Below are positions 1 to 10,090 of a DNA stretch of 64,000 nucleotides, one piece after another. The stretch comes from an uncultured archaeon. GTDB lineage: Archaea; EX4484-52; JAADEF01. The stretch lies in assembly GCA_964407715.1 (NCBI GenBank), contig CAYOWP010000005.1, forward strand, positions 1-64,000. The letters run 5' to 3'. The position numbers and the translations under genes were made by a program. The first letter of the stretch is position 1, and each line of letters opens with the position of its first letter. A model generated the notes under the pieces. That model did no database searches. It was given only the letters and a program-made list of their open reading frames with translations, and was not told the origin of the DNA.

Positions 1-1225
1 CCTCAAGCTGGGTTATCTGATTCTGGATTTTTTCTTTCAGGATTTTAATTTTCTCGTAAACGGAATCAAGGTGGTTTGCTATTTCTTTTTGCTTTTCAAG
101 GTCTGGCTGGTTGTTGCGGAAGGGAATTGGGATTTTTATTAAAGTAAGTTTATCTTTTGATAGTTCCTCAAAGGTAGGCCCACTTCCCAGCATTTTCATT
201 AAATCTATTTTTGTTAATAGTGCATAATAGATAAACTTACTTGTAATATCGCTATCTTTAATAACCAAACCCTTACAACCTTGATTAAAGCACATGTCAT
301 CTCCAAGAATAGCAATATGTCCAATTGGAGCTCTGGTAGAGATGATAATAGATCCCTTGGGAATTACAGTTGTTGAACAACTATTTAAACCCAATTCTGT
401 TATTTTTCGTTCAGTATCATGTATAAATATCCCATTATTTTTACCCAAATCTTTTGGAGTAACCCATTTTATTGCTCCATTTTCCCAATATTCTCTAACA
501 GATGTTTTAGGAGTAGCTCCCGTTTCAATATGGAAATAATTTTTATCCCCCAACCTCACCTCTCTCCACTCCTCGCCTTCCTTTGGCTTGAATGCCTGCT
601 CTAAAACGCTTTCCCAGAGTTCATCTAAAAGCTCAAGTTCTTTCTTTTTCTTCTCCAGAATTTTGTCAATCCTTGAGAAATTTGCCTCAATGTATTCAAC
701 GATTTTCTTTTGAGTTTCTAAATCCGGCTTGCCGTTGCGGAATGGGAGGGGGATTTTGAATGATGAATATTCTTTAGCGTTAATATTTGGTTGCGCGCCA
801 GGCCGTTTTTGAAATGAAACCCATTTTTTGAAATACTGTGAAGACAAGAAATACTTAACAAACATTAGATGGACCTTATTTAAATCTAATCTAAATCGTA
901 TTAGATACGAAGCATAAATCCAATTGGAGTAGTCCTGAAACGCAATGAAAAAATTTCCAACTGATCCGCTGCGTGCTAAGAGTAAGTCTCCTTTTCTGAT
1001 ATCGTATTTCGCTTTTTCAGATTCATCTAAATCCACAAATTTAAAATTATTGCTTTTAATTTCTCCTTGATCATTAATATCAGTTATTCTAAGTAAGACA
1101 AAATTTCCTTTATCTTTTGCTTTTGCTGTTAAACCATACCTTGGTTTTTCCTTTATCAGTTCTCCCAACCTCATCTCTCTCCACTCGACTCCCTCAACTT
1201 CCCAAGGTTTTTTAGTTTTGCTCAT
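1..1225 (-). CDS. hsdS: Type I restriction-modification specificity subunit (runs off the window edge; missing from ORF track)
   Basis: Manual translation from ATG at 1225: MSKTKKPWEVEGVEWREMRLGELIKEKPRYGLTAKAKDKGNFVLLRITDI... Two conserved HsdS repeats (IPLPFRNGKPDLETQKKIV, IPIPFRNNQPDLEKQKEIA); last gene of the hsdR-hsdM operon. Confidence 0.9.
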   Translation of the reverse strand, partial: MSKTKKPWEVEGVEWREMRLGELIKEKPRYGLTAKAKDKGNFVLLRITDINDQGEIKSNNFKFVDLDESEKAKYDIRKGDLLLARSGSVGNFFIAFQDYSNWIYASYLIRFRLDLNKVHLMFVKYFLSSQYFKKWVSFQKRPGAQPNINAKEYSSFKIPLPFRNGKPDLETQKKIVEYIEANFSRIDKILEKKKKELELLDELWESVLEQAFKPKEGEEWREVRLGDKNYFHIETGATPKTSVREYWENGAIKWVTPKDLGKNNGIFIHDTERKITELGLNSCSTTVIPKGSIIISTRAPIGHIAILGDDMCFNQGCKGLVIKDSDITSKFIYYALLTKIDLMKMLGSGPTFEELSKDKLTLIKIPIPFRNNQPDLEKQKEIANHLDSVYEKIKILKEKIQNQITQLE

Positions 1226-1748
1226 AACTATCCCTTTTTTGTGATTCAAATAATTTTTGTGGTATAATTTCAGAAAATCCGCTTTTTTCAACGAAAAATC
1301 GAATAACTTCCAAGAATATTCCTTCATCATCATGAAAGGAAGTATAGTAAAGCGGGAAATGAACAAAATGGTTTCTTACAAAAATAAGATAATCTAATTT
1401 TTCTTTAACTTCACTTAAAATGGTTTTATTTATTTTTTCCTTGAGATTGCTCAATGTTCTTTCAGTAGGCCTAATTACTATAAAATCTTCAAATTGTTTA
1501 GAAAGAAAGTATAATTTTATACTACCTTCTAAAGCTATAGACACCAAACCATATAGCAAAGGAATTTCTTCGAGTGTAATTGTGTCTTTTTTAACTTGTG
1601 AGTATTCTTCCAAAATTCGCTTCAATGCTTCTGCCAAATCTAACAAATATTTTTTTCTCTTTTCGTTGTTTTTAAAAATTTTTAGTAATTTGCATTCATC
1701 TTCTGCGTATTCATAGATTAACTTTCTTTTTCTATCTTTAAGATTCAT
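1212..1748 (-). CDS. Putative HEPN-domain protein inserted in the RM operon
   Basis: 178 aa helical protein with RNHFVH (Rx4H) motif; overlaps both hsdM and hsdS. Confidence 0.55.
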   Translation of the reverse strand: MNLKDRKRKLIYEYAEDECKLLKIFKNNEKRKKYLLDLAEALKRILEEYSQVKKDTITLEEIPLLYGLVSIALEGSIKLYFLSKQFEDFIVIRPTERTLSNLKEKINKTILSEVKEKLDYLIFVRNHFVHFPLYYTSFHDDEGIFLEVIRFFVEKSGFSEIIPQKLFESQKRDSYEQN

Positions 1749-3183
1749 TTCTTACCAACCCCTTTAACTCTTCAAATAGCCTCATAACCTCTTTTTCCTC
1801 TTTCAAAACATCCTCTAAAATCTCTCCTGCTGGTTTATACTCTTTCTTATTTAGCTTGTTCGGGTTTCTCGGAGTTAACTCATAAGTTTCCTTGTCAATT
1901 TCATCAATCTTGACAATCCAAGAGTTTTCGCTTATTTCTTTATTTTTCCATTTTTCGTAGCAGTCCTGCCAGTCTTCATCTTTCATCGGTCTTGTTTTGG
2001 TAAAATTCTTCATCCCTTCTGGGGGTTGAATCTCGTAATACCATATTTCCTCTGTTGGTCCTGTTTTATCAAAGAACAGAAGGTTGGTTTTGACAGGAGT
2101 TTTTCCAGAGGCGGTAAAAACCCCTTTGGGTAAAGAAATAATCGTATGGACATTATAATTTTCAAGAAGTTCTTTTCTAACTCTTACAAAAGGTCCAGTA
2201 GTGTTGGATAAAACACCCTCTGGAACAACTATTCCAACCCTTCCCCCCTGCTTTATTTTTCTCATTACATACTGCAAAGCCATAAGCTCCGTATCCGAGC
2301 TTTTGACAGGAAAATTAGCCTTAAACCTCTCATCAAACTTACCGCCAAACGGTGGATTTGTGAGGATAACATCGACCCTGTCTTTTTCTTGGATCTTTCT
2401 TACATCTTCAGCAAATGTGTCTGTTTTGTAAATATGAACCGTGGGAAGATTATGCAAAAGAAGGTTCATAATTCCTATAAGATAGGGGACATCCTTCTTT
2501 TCCTGCCCATAAAACATGTTATACAATATTTTAGTTTCCTTTGTGGTGAAAACATCTTTGCTCCTCAGAATATGATTATAACTTTCAATTAAGAACCCAG
2601 CAGAGCCCAAGAACGGATCCAAAATTATCTCACCAAGTTTTGGATTGACAATTTTAACCATTAATCTTATGACGGGTCTTGGAGTGTAATACTCGCCTGC
2701 ATATTTACCCATCTCCCCAATCTCAGGTAAAAGTTCCTCATAAAGTGCAGAAATAATATAAATATCTTCTCTTGTTCTGAACTTCAACTCATCAAGCAGC
2801 AATGCAACTTCCCTTAACTTATAACCATCTTTCAGGAAATTCTGGATTTCTTTACCGCTAAAAATGGTCGCAATTAGCTCTCTCTCACCTTCACCATCCA
2901 ATTTGGAGAGAAAAGGAAATAGTTTGTTGTTGATAAAATCTATGAGTTCTTCACTTCTCCAGTCTTTATGGACCCAATCTTTCCATCTGTAAGGAGAAGG
3001 TATATTTCTTTGATAGGTTTCTCCTTTTAACTTTGCTTTTAATTCTCTCTCATCTTCCAAATCGTCATAAAGTTTCAAGAAAAGCATCCACGATAGCTGG
3101 ATTATGTAATTAACTGATGCAATCTCATTTCTCAGCAAATCGCAAGCCTGCTTGAACTTTGATTTTAATGTTTGTCTATCCAT
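1738..3183 (-). CDS. hsdM: Type I RM N6-adenine methyltransferase subunit
   Basis: GEYYTPR, DPFLGSAGFL (motif I) and NPPFGG (motif IV). Confidence 0.95.
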   Translation of the reverse strand: MDRQTLKSKFKQACDLLRNEIASVNYIIQLSWMLFLKLYDDLEDERELKAKLKGETYQRNIPSPYRWKDWVHKDWRSEELIDFINNKLFPFLSKLDGEGERELIATIFSGKEIQNFLKDGYKLREVALLLDELKFRTREDIYIISALYEELLPEIGEMGKYAGEYYTPRPVIRLMVKIVNPKLGEIILDPFLGSAGFLIESYNHILRSKDVFTTKETKILYNMFYGQEKKDVPYLIGIMNLLLHNLPTVHIYKTDTFAEDVRKIQEKDRVDVILTNPPFGGKFDERFKANFPVKSSDTELMALQYVMRKIKQGGRVGIVVPEGVLSNTTGPFVRVRKELLENYNVHTIISLPKGVFTASGKTPVKTNLLFFDKTGPTEEIWYYEIQPPEGMKNFTKTRPMKDEDWQDCYEKWKNKEISENSWIVKIDEIDKETYELTPRNPNKLNKKEYKPAGEILEDVLKEEKEVMRLFEELKGLVRNES

Positions 3184-3194
3184 TATCTAACACC

Positions 3195-5705
3195 TCAAGC
3201 CTCATAAAGACCTTGAGAAATACTTTCAAGGGCGTGTTTAAGATTGTCTATTCCACCAAAGGAATCTATTATCTCTTTCAACTTGCCAATCTTCTGGATG
3301 TCTGGAGATTCCAGAGCTTCGGGAGAGATTTCCTCGATGCCACCAATCTTATATTTTTCTATGAGATTTAGGAGTACTTCCTTTGCTGTCTCATTGAAAG
3401 AGTCAATAAATTGCTGTTTCTCATTCAACAAAGCTTGAGCTCTGTCATCTCTACTCAGTATAGGAGCATCAAAAGCTACGTGAGCTATAATATCAAAAGC
3501 ATCTGCGTCAGGTCTATCAAGTAATTGTGCTATTAACTCTGGATTTATGCTCTTTGCTTTTAAATCATCTAAAAATTTCTTCCTGCTTTTTTCATTTATC
3601 CAGATTTTCCTTAAATCATCCAATGTAAGAACTTTCTTTCTCACATTTTCTTTAGCATATTCAATATATTTTGCTTTATTGAGTTTTTTGCCTTCAACCT
3701 CAACATATATTTCCTCTTGGATATAAACATTGATACCCTTAACAACTACTTTACCCTCCTTCGGTTTTTTCTTCTTTAATTCAATTACAACAGAAATCTT
3801 ATCTTTGAAAGGGGTAGGATTTACGCTTACTTCTCTAAGTTTATAGTTTTTTGCTTCAACTTTTACTTTTACCGGTGAATGTGGGCAACAATCAATAATA
3901 AATTCTCCATTTTCATTTGTTCTTGCGGGTTTAATCATATTAATTCCAAACTTCGCTGTTATTCTCGCATTAGCAATAGGTGTTTTTTCCTCGCTATCTA
4001 TGACTTTTCCTTTTATAAAGTAATCGAAAGGTCCTTCTGGAATGTCTGGTATATATTCCTCAGGTGGTAAATCCCATGGATCCAAAAGGCGAGTAGCATT
4101 TACAAAGTCAATAATTCTAAAAAAGAACTTATTTGCATCTTCACTAATTCTACTTCCTCTGCCGATTATTTGTTTAAATAATACTTTAGATGATATAGGT
4201 TTCATGAAGACAATATTTTTTACTGGGGGAATGTCAATTCCTGTACTCAGTAGATCTACAGTTACAGCAATTACCGGTATCTGATATTCTGGATCAGCCA
4301 TCTTCTCTGCAAGCTCTATTGCGTTTGGTTCTTCATCAACTATTCTAACAACGAAGTCATCTGCATTTATACCAGTTGAGACAATTTCATAAGCTAATTC
4401 ATTTTGTAGAATTTTTACAACATCTAAGGCATGTTCTTTTGTTACACAGAAAACAATTGTTTTCTCTGTTGGACCATAAATCTTTAGAATTTCAGCAAGT
4501 TTCTTGGTCATTGCCTCAGTTCTATCTGGTAGAGTTATTATTCTTTCAAACTCTCCAACAGAGTAAAAATCTTTTACCTCTATTTCTTCAGGAGCTTCAA
4601 TGATAGCTCCTTCACTTGCAACATCCGTAAGAGATATTCCTCCTTTTTTATCAATATTCATGTAAATCTTGTGAATTTTGTACGGAGACAGAAACCCATC
4701 TTCTATACCCTGCCCTAGGCTATAAATATAAACTGGAGTGCCAAAATAAGCGTAGGTATCTATGTTATCGTCTCTTTTTGGTGTAGCGGTCATACCAAAA
4801 TGAACTGCGTTTTTGAAATACTCAAGAATTTCTTTCCATCTCCCATATCCTGATCTGTGACACTCATCAATGATTATCATATCAAAGAAATCAGGGGGAT
4901 ATTCTTGATAAAGTCTCTTTCCGTTTTTCTCTGAATATAGTGTTTGATATGTAGCAAAATAAATATCTCTTATTTTAGGTGCTTTCCCTTCTTTTATTAC
5001 CTCTCTTGTGCCCCCAAACGGTTCAAAGAATTTGTTACAAGCTTGATCTCTTAGAATTATCCGATCAGCGATATAAAGTACTCTCCTAATTTTTTTAGTG
5101 TTATATAGCTTCCATGTCACTTGAAAGGCTACATAAGTTTTACCAGTTCCAGTTGCCATAGTAAGTAGAATGCGCTTCTTTCCATTCAGAAAAGCTTCTA
5201 TGATATTTCTTACTGCTGCAATTTGGTAATATCTTGGTATTTTGTTTTGTACAATTTTATAAGGATACAAGAGAGGATTTTCATCTTTATTAAATGGCAA
5301 TAGTTTATTAAATCTCCATAGCGAATATCTCCTCCATAATTCTTGTGGAGATGGAAATTTATCGAGAGTCCTTTGTTTTTTAGTTATGAAATCATATTCT
5401 TCGATCTTATGTCCATTTGTTGAGTATGCAAATGGAACATTGAGCATTTCTGCGTATCTTTTTGCTTGTTGAATTCCAGCAGCATGATGTTTGGATTCCT
5501 CCTTTGCTTCTACCACAGCTATTGGAAAATATCTCTCTAAGAATAGGATATAATCCGGTTTTAATCCTTCTTTTCTATTTCCGTATTCATCTATGATCCT
5601 ACCTTCTGTTATTTTTAATTCTCGTTGAATTAAGTTTTCGGACCATCCTGATTCATGTAATTTTGGATCTATTAGTTTAGCTCTGGTTTCAGCTTCATTT
5701 AGCAT
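3195..5705 (-). CDS. hsdR: Type I restriction endonuclease R subunit (EcoEI-like)
   Basis: NEAETRAKLID N-terminus, PD...VEAK nuclease motif, MATGTGKT, DECHRS, TATP, QIIGRGSR, EcoEI-type C-terminus. Confidence 0.95.
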   Translation of the reverse strand: MLNEAETRAKLIDPKLHESGWSENLIQRELKITEGRIIDEYGNRKEGLKPDYILFLERYFPIAVVEAKEESKHHAAGIQQAKRYAEMLNVPFAYSTNGHKIEEYDFITKKQRTLDKFPSPQELWRRYSLWRFNKLLPFNKDENPLLYPYKIVQNKIPRYYQIAAVRNIIEAFLNGKKRILLTMATGTGKTYVAFQVTWKLYNTKKIRRVLYIADRIILRDQACNKFFEPFGGTREVIKEGKAPKIRDIYFATYQTLYSEKNGKRLYQEYPPDFFDMIIIDECHRSGYGRWKEILEYFKNAVHFGMTATPKRDDNIDTYAYFGTPVYIYSLGQGIEDGFLSPYKIHKIYMNIDKKGGISLTDVASEGAIIEAPEEIEVKDFYSVGEFERIITLPDRTEAMTKKLAEILKIYGPTEKTIVFCVTKEHALDVVKILQNELAYEIVSTGINADDFVVRIVDEEPNAIELAEKMADPEYQIPVIAVTVDLLSTGIDIPPVKNIVFMKPISSKVLFKQIIGRGSRISEDANKFFFRIIDFVNATRLLDPWDLPPEEYIPDIPEGPFDYFIKGKVIDSEEKTPIANARITAKFGINMIKPARTNENGEFIIDCCPHSPVKVKVEAKNYKLREVSVNPTPFKDKISVVIELKKKKPKEGKVVVKGINVYIQEEIYVEVEGKKLNKAKYIEYAKENVRKKVLTLDDLRKIWINEKSRKKFLDDLKAKSINPELIAQLLDRPDADAFDIIAHVAFDAPILSRDDRAQALLNEKQQFIDSFNETAKEVLLNLIEKYKIGGIEEISPEALESPDIQKIGKLKEIIDSFGGIDNLKHALESISQGLYEA

Positions 5706-5927
5706 AAATTTTTCACCACTTTTGATAATTTTATATTTGAATTTTATTGATTCTCTAAATTAAATTTTAAATAAGGAATATCTAATTCCCTTCATTTGTA
5801 TATTTTCATGAGGAAAAATTAAAAATTAAAGTTATATGATTTTTATAGAACTAAAAATATTAAAAATCTTACGATATGAACCTTACCTTAATGCTTTTTT
5901 AAATTTCTCTTAGATATTTATATCATT

Positions 5928-6686
5928 ATGATTGTGTTGCGGGTTGATGATGTTTCTCCAACGACCTCGCATGACAAGCTTTATTCTTTATTGGAGTTAT
6001 TGGAGGAATATGATGTTAAATCAACATTTGCTGTTATTCCAAAGAGAGAAAGCGAGTGGAAAGATGAGACAATAGATATTATAAGGGAAATTAGCAAAAA
6101 ACATGAGATAGCAAGTCATGGCTTAACACACAAATGTAACCTGTTACCAGAACCTGAGTATTCCTCTAAGAGGAGAGTACTAATACATCATAGAAAACAT
6201 GATGATCCATTTCACGAATTTGTTTGCTTAGATTATGGACCCATAAATGTGGAGATTCAAGCTGAGTGGTTGATGAAGAGCAAAGAGATATTGGAGAAAT
6301 TATTTAAAACAAAGATAACCTCTTTTGTTCCTCCACAACATCTCTATGATAACAATACACTAAAGGCAATGAAAAGAGCAGGACTGGATACGATTTCAAT
6401 AGAGAGACATCATGTGGCGCCTTGGAAAGAAAGCGATATATTTTTTGTTCCTATGAACACAGAAGACATATTTAGCCATTATGGAGTTCTTTATGAAAAA
6501 CCAACCAATAGCAAAGATTTATTTGAGGCTTTAAAATCAAGATTCCTATATCGCCATAGCACCATGAAGTATTTTGGATTCTATATCCATATATGGAATT
6601 TTGATGAGATCGTCTTAAGAAAATTCTTTGAGATTACAAGAGATATTGAATATCTCCGACTCAAAGATGTAAAAAGAATAATTTAA
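5928..6686 (+). CDS. Polysaccharide deacetylase (NodB/DUF2334-like) family protein
   Basis: LRVDD, TFAVIP, EIASHGLTH and SFVPP motifs. Confidence 0.8.
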   Translation: MIVLRVDDVSPTTSHDKLYSLLELLEEYDVKSTFAVIPKRESEWKDETIDIIREISKKHEIASHGLTHKCNLLPEPEYSSKRRVLIHHRKHDDPFHEFVCLDYGPINVEIQAEWLMKSKEILEKLFKTKITSFVPPQHLYDNNTLKAMKRAGLDTISIERHHVAPWKESDIFFVPMNTEDIFSHYGVLYEKPTNSKDLFEALKSRFLYRHSTMKYFGFYIHIWNFDEIVLRKFFEITRDIEYLRLKDVKRII

Positions 6687-6687
6687 A

Positions 6688-7680
6688 TTGAGAGTTATAA
6701 TACAAACTTTTATGTACACAGTTTATATGTTTAAGAATACTGGGGAGATTGTTAAAAGAATAAACGAGGACTTGGAAGGTGTTATAAGGGATAATTTCCT
6801 AAAGGAGAACAGATTTGTTTGGGTTGATATGTGTGATCCAAAAGAGGATGAATTAAAATTTTTAGAGGAAAAAATAGGCATTCACACCTTAGAGATTGAG
6901 GATGCTTTGAATGTAGAGGATCAGAACCCAAAATTTAATGAGACAAAGAATCATCTGTTCGTGACTTTTTTGAACCCTGTAATAAGAAATGGAAATGTGA
7001 GTTATGAGAACTTAGCCTTTTTCATTTTCAAGAACATAATCATAAGCATAAGGAATAAGAGATATTCTTTATTCCAGAAGACAATAAGGCGCATATATAA
7101 CAAAAGAAGAATTTTGCGTGATAGAACATCAATACTTCATATCTTCTTGGATGTGATAATAGATGAGCTATTATTTGTTGCTGATAAGATAGATGAGGAA
7201 ATCAATTCTTTAGAGCAAGATGTGTTTATAAGATACAACGAGGAAATCCTTGAGAGATTATATACCTTAAAAATGAAAATCATAACATTAAGGAAAGTCA
7301 TAATATCTCAGAAAGAAATCATATATAACCTCACAAAACCATCAAAATTTGTTAGCAGTAAGCAGGTTGTTTACTTTAAGGATCTATATGAGCACGTGAT
7401 CCTATTGATAAATCAGTTTGATCTCTTTAGGGATTCCACCAACACTATACTCCAAATATATCTTTCATTAGCATCTCAGAACACAAACGAGGTAATGAAA
7501 GTTTTAACTGTTATTACATCAATATTTCTTCCATTGACATTGATTACAGGCATTTATGGAATGAACTTCCATTATATGCCAGAGTTAACTTATAAGTATG
7601 GGTATTTCATAACTCTTAGTGTCATGGTGATATTAGCTATCATTCTTCTCTATATTTATAGGAGGAAGGGATGGATATGA
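6688..7680 (+). CDS. corA: Magnesium/cobalt transporter CorA (start may be 6712)
   Basis: NEVMKVLTVITSIFLPLTLITGIYGMNF signature, MPEL, two C-terminal TM helices. Confidence 0.95.
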   Translation: MRVIIQTFMYTVYMFKNTGEIVKRINEDLEGVIRDNFLKENRFVWVDMCDPKEDELKFLEEKIGIHTLEIEDALNVEDQNPKFNETKNHLFVTFLNPVIRNGNVSYENLAFFIFKNIIISIRNKRYSLFQKTIRRIYNKRRILRDRTSILHIFLDVIIDELLFVADKIDEEINSLEQDVFIRYNEEILERLYTLKMKIITLRKVIISQKEIIYNLTKPSKFVSSKQVVYFKDLYEHVILLINQFDLFRDSTNTILQIYLSLASQNTNEVMKVLTVITSIFLPLTLITGIYGMNFHYMPELTYKYGYFITLSVMVILAIILLYIYRRKGWI

Positions 7681-9278
7681 TAACATCAAAAAGTTCTTTG
7701 GATAAACAACAAACGCCGGTTGAGAAGAGAATAAGAGATGCGAGCAGATATATAATAGAGCAGATTCTATCAAAGAGGGGTAAAGTAAATGTTGAACACT
7801 TAAAAAGAAAGGTTTCCAAAGAATATGATATCCCGTTTCTCCTAAAAAATGCGGATATATTGCAATATGCCACACCAGAAGAAAAGGAAATTATAAAGGA
7901 CTTCCTTAAGACAAAAACAATAAGAAGCATTTCTGGTGTTGTGGTTGTGTCTGTGATGATACCTCCTTTGCCATGTCCAGGAAAATGCATCTATTGTCCT
8001 ACAAGTAGTATTGCGCCTAAATCATATACTGGCAATGAGCCAGCAGCATTAAGAGCAAGGATGTTTGATTATGATTCATATAAGCAGGTAGAGGCAAGAT
8101 TGAGGCAATTGGAGATGCAAGGTCATGATGTTAGCAAGGTTGAGATTATAGTGATGGGAGGAACATTTCCAGCATATAGCAAGATATTTCAAGAAAACTT
8201 TATAAAAGGGATATATGATGCATTGAATGGTTTTAGAGCAGGTACATTAGAGGAGGCAATGAAAATCAATGAAACTGCTAAAAGGAGATGTGTTGCTTTA
8301 ACAATAGAAACGCGACCTGATTATGCAAAGGAAAGACATATAGATATGATGCTCTCATATATGGCTACAAGGGTTGAGTTGGGTGTGCAGGTTCTTAGCG
8401 ATAGGTTGCTAAAAAAGATAAGGAGAGGACATACCTTAAAGGATGTGATAGAAAGTACGAGGAGACTTAAGGATGCGGCATATAAGGTGGGCTATCATAT
8501 AATGCCAGGGTTTCAGGATGAGGAAAAAGACCTTAAAATGTTCAAGAAGTTGTTTACGAATCCTGATTTTAGACCTGACATGCTGAAGATATATCCTGTT
8601 CTTGTGATTAAGGGTACAGAGCTTTATGAGATGTGGAAGAAAGGAGAGTATGAAGCATTGGATGATGAGAGTGCTGCTGAGCTAATAGCTAAGCTTTATA
8701 AGTATATTCCTGAGTATGTGCGTGTTATGAGGGTGCAAAGAGATATTCCTGCATACGCTATAGAGGCAGGAGTAAAGAAGAGCAATTTGAGGGATATGGT
8801 GATGAGCAAGATGAGGGAGATGGGAATAAAATGTAGGGAGATAAGGTGTAGGGAAGCAGGGCATGTATATCTCAGAGAAGGAAAAATTCCAAGGAATGTT
8901 GAGGTTATTGTGAGGAAATATAAGGCATCTAAAGGGGAAGAGTATTTTATCTCGGCAGAGGATGTGGAGCAGGATATCTTGGTTGGATATTTGAGAATGC
9001 GCTTTCCTTATAAGCCTTATCGTAAGGAAATATCAAAGGATGATGCATTGATAAGAGAGTTAAAGGTTGTTGGTTTGCAGGTTCCGATAGGGAAGAGAAA
9101 GGAACAAGGCTTTCAACATAGAGGCATTGGTAGGATGTTGCTTCATAAAGCCGAGGAAATAGCAAAGGACAAAGGTAAAGAAAAAATCCATATCATCTCC
9201 GCTGTCGGAACACGAGAATACTACCGCAAATTCGGATATAAATTACAGGGCCCATATATGAGCAAGAGGATTGAGTAG
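7671..9278 (+). CDS. elp3: tRNA uridine(34) acetyltransferase Elp3 (radical SAM + GNAT)
   Basis: CPGKCIYCP, KSYTGNEPA, ETRPD, QHRGIG, REYYRKFGY. Confidence 0.95.
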   Translation: MDMITSKSSLDKQQTPVEKRIRDASRYIIEQILSKRGKVNVEHLKRKVSKEYDIPFLLKNADILQYATPEEKEIIKDFLKTKTIRSISGVVVVSVMIPPLPCPGKCIYCPTSSIAPKSYTGNEPAALRARMFDYDSYKQVEARLRQLEMQGHDVSKVEIIVMGGTFPAYSKIFQENFIKGIYDALNGFRAGTLEEAMKINETAKRRCVALTIETRPDYAKERHIDMMLSYMATRVELGVQVLSDRLLKKIRRGHTLKDVIESTRRLKDAAYKVGYHIMPGFQDEEKDLKMFKKLFTNPDFRPDMLKIYPVLVIKGTELYEMWKKGEYEALDDESAAELIAKLYKYIPEYVRVMRVQRDIPAYAIEAGVKKSNLRDMVMSKMREMGIKCREIRCREAGHVYLREGKIPRNVEVIVRKYKASKGEEYFISAEDVEQDILVGYLRMRFPYKPYRKEISKDDALIRELKVVGLQVPIGKRKEQGFQHRGIGRMLLHKAEEIAKDKGKEKIHIISAVGTREYYRKFGYKLQGPYMSKRIE

Positions 9279-9289
9279 GAAAAAGGATT

Positions 9290-9991
9290 TCACTCCAAAG
9301 GTATTTTTTGTTCTATGATGTTTTCTCCTTTCTTGTATTTTATTATTGCGTTGTTGTTCTCTACTTTTAGGTCTTCTATGCTCATGTACCACCTATAACT
9401 ATCTATTTCTTTGATTTCCAATTCTTTATTCTCTTTCTCATATACCACATATAATGTGTCAAATCCACAGTTAACTCCATTTTCTGCAGCCCATATAAAT
9501 GCTCCTACCTTGTGTTTTTGCTTTTCAACTATTTTTTGTTCACTAATATAATCATGTCCCAACTTATCTCCAACCTTTCCAACCAATGCCTTTGCTTTTT
9601 CAGAAAACTCCTCATATATAACCTCTTCATTAAATGTGATTTTTACCTTTTCAGTTTCATATTTGCTATATCTACTGCTCCTCTCAACAACGACTCCATC
9701 ATTTTCAATTTTTAATACTCTTATATATGGATTGGGATCAGATATCCCATATGCGTGTTGAGAATATATCATCTTTGGAGGCTTATTCACTTCAGCATAC
9801 CATAGAGCACAACTTCTATATCCTTCCATTTCACGAGAAATCACAAAAGCAGCTCTTTGTTTTCCTTCATCTATAACCCTACTTGTTATTTTTGCATATC
9901 CTCCTTTTGCATATCTCTCCAGCACTTCTTCCATTTTTCTTCTTAGAATCTTATACGCGTCATTTAATTTTTTGTTTTTCATTTTCCTCAC
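9290..9991 (-). CDS. Hypothetical protein
   Basis: 233 aa ORF with genome-typical composition and a GGTGA RBS; no recognised motif. Confidence 0.6.
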   Translation of the reverse strand: MRKMKNKKLNDAYKILRRKMEEVLERYAKGGYAKITSRVIDEGKQRAAFVISREMEGYRSCALWYAEVNKPPKMIYSQHAYGISDPNPYIRVLKIENDGVVVERSSRYSKYETEKVKITFNEEVIYEEFSEKAKALVGKVGDKLGHDYISEQKIVEKQKHKVGAFIWAAENGVNCGFDTLYVVYEKENKELEIKEIDSYRWYMSIEDLKVENNNAIIKYKKGENIIEQKIPLE

Positions 9992-10090
9992 CTTTTGGTG
10001 AGGATTTGCGCTTCTAATACTATAATCAATTTAGAAAGATTTTTAAAAGAGAAGAATCTTTAAAACTCTTTTGGTATATAGAAATGATTT

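Noticed and set aside
294-604. Short + strand ORFs here and the many antisense ORFs within long genes
   Set aside because: Shadow frames of real genes on the opposite strand (here hsdS), with no motifs.
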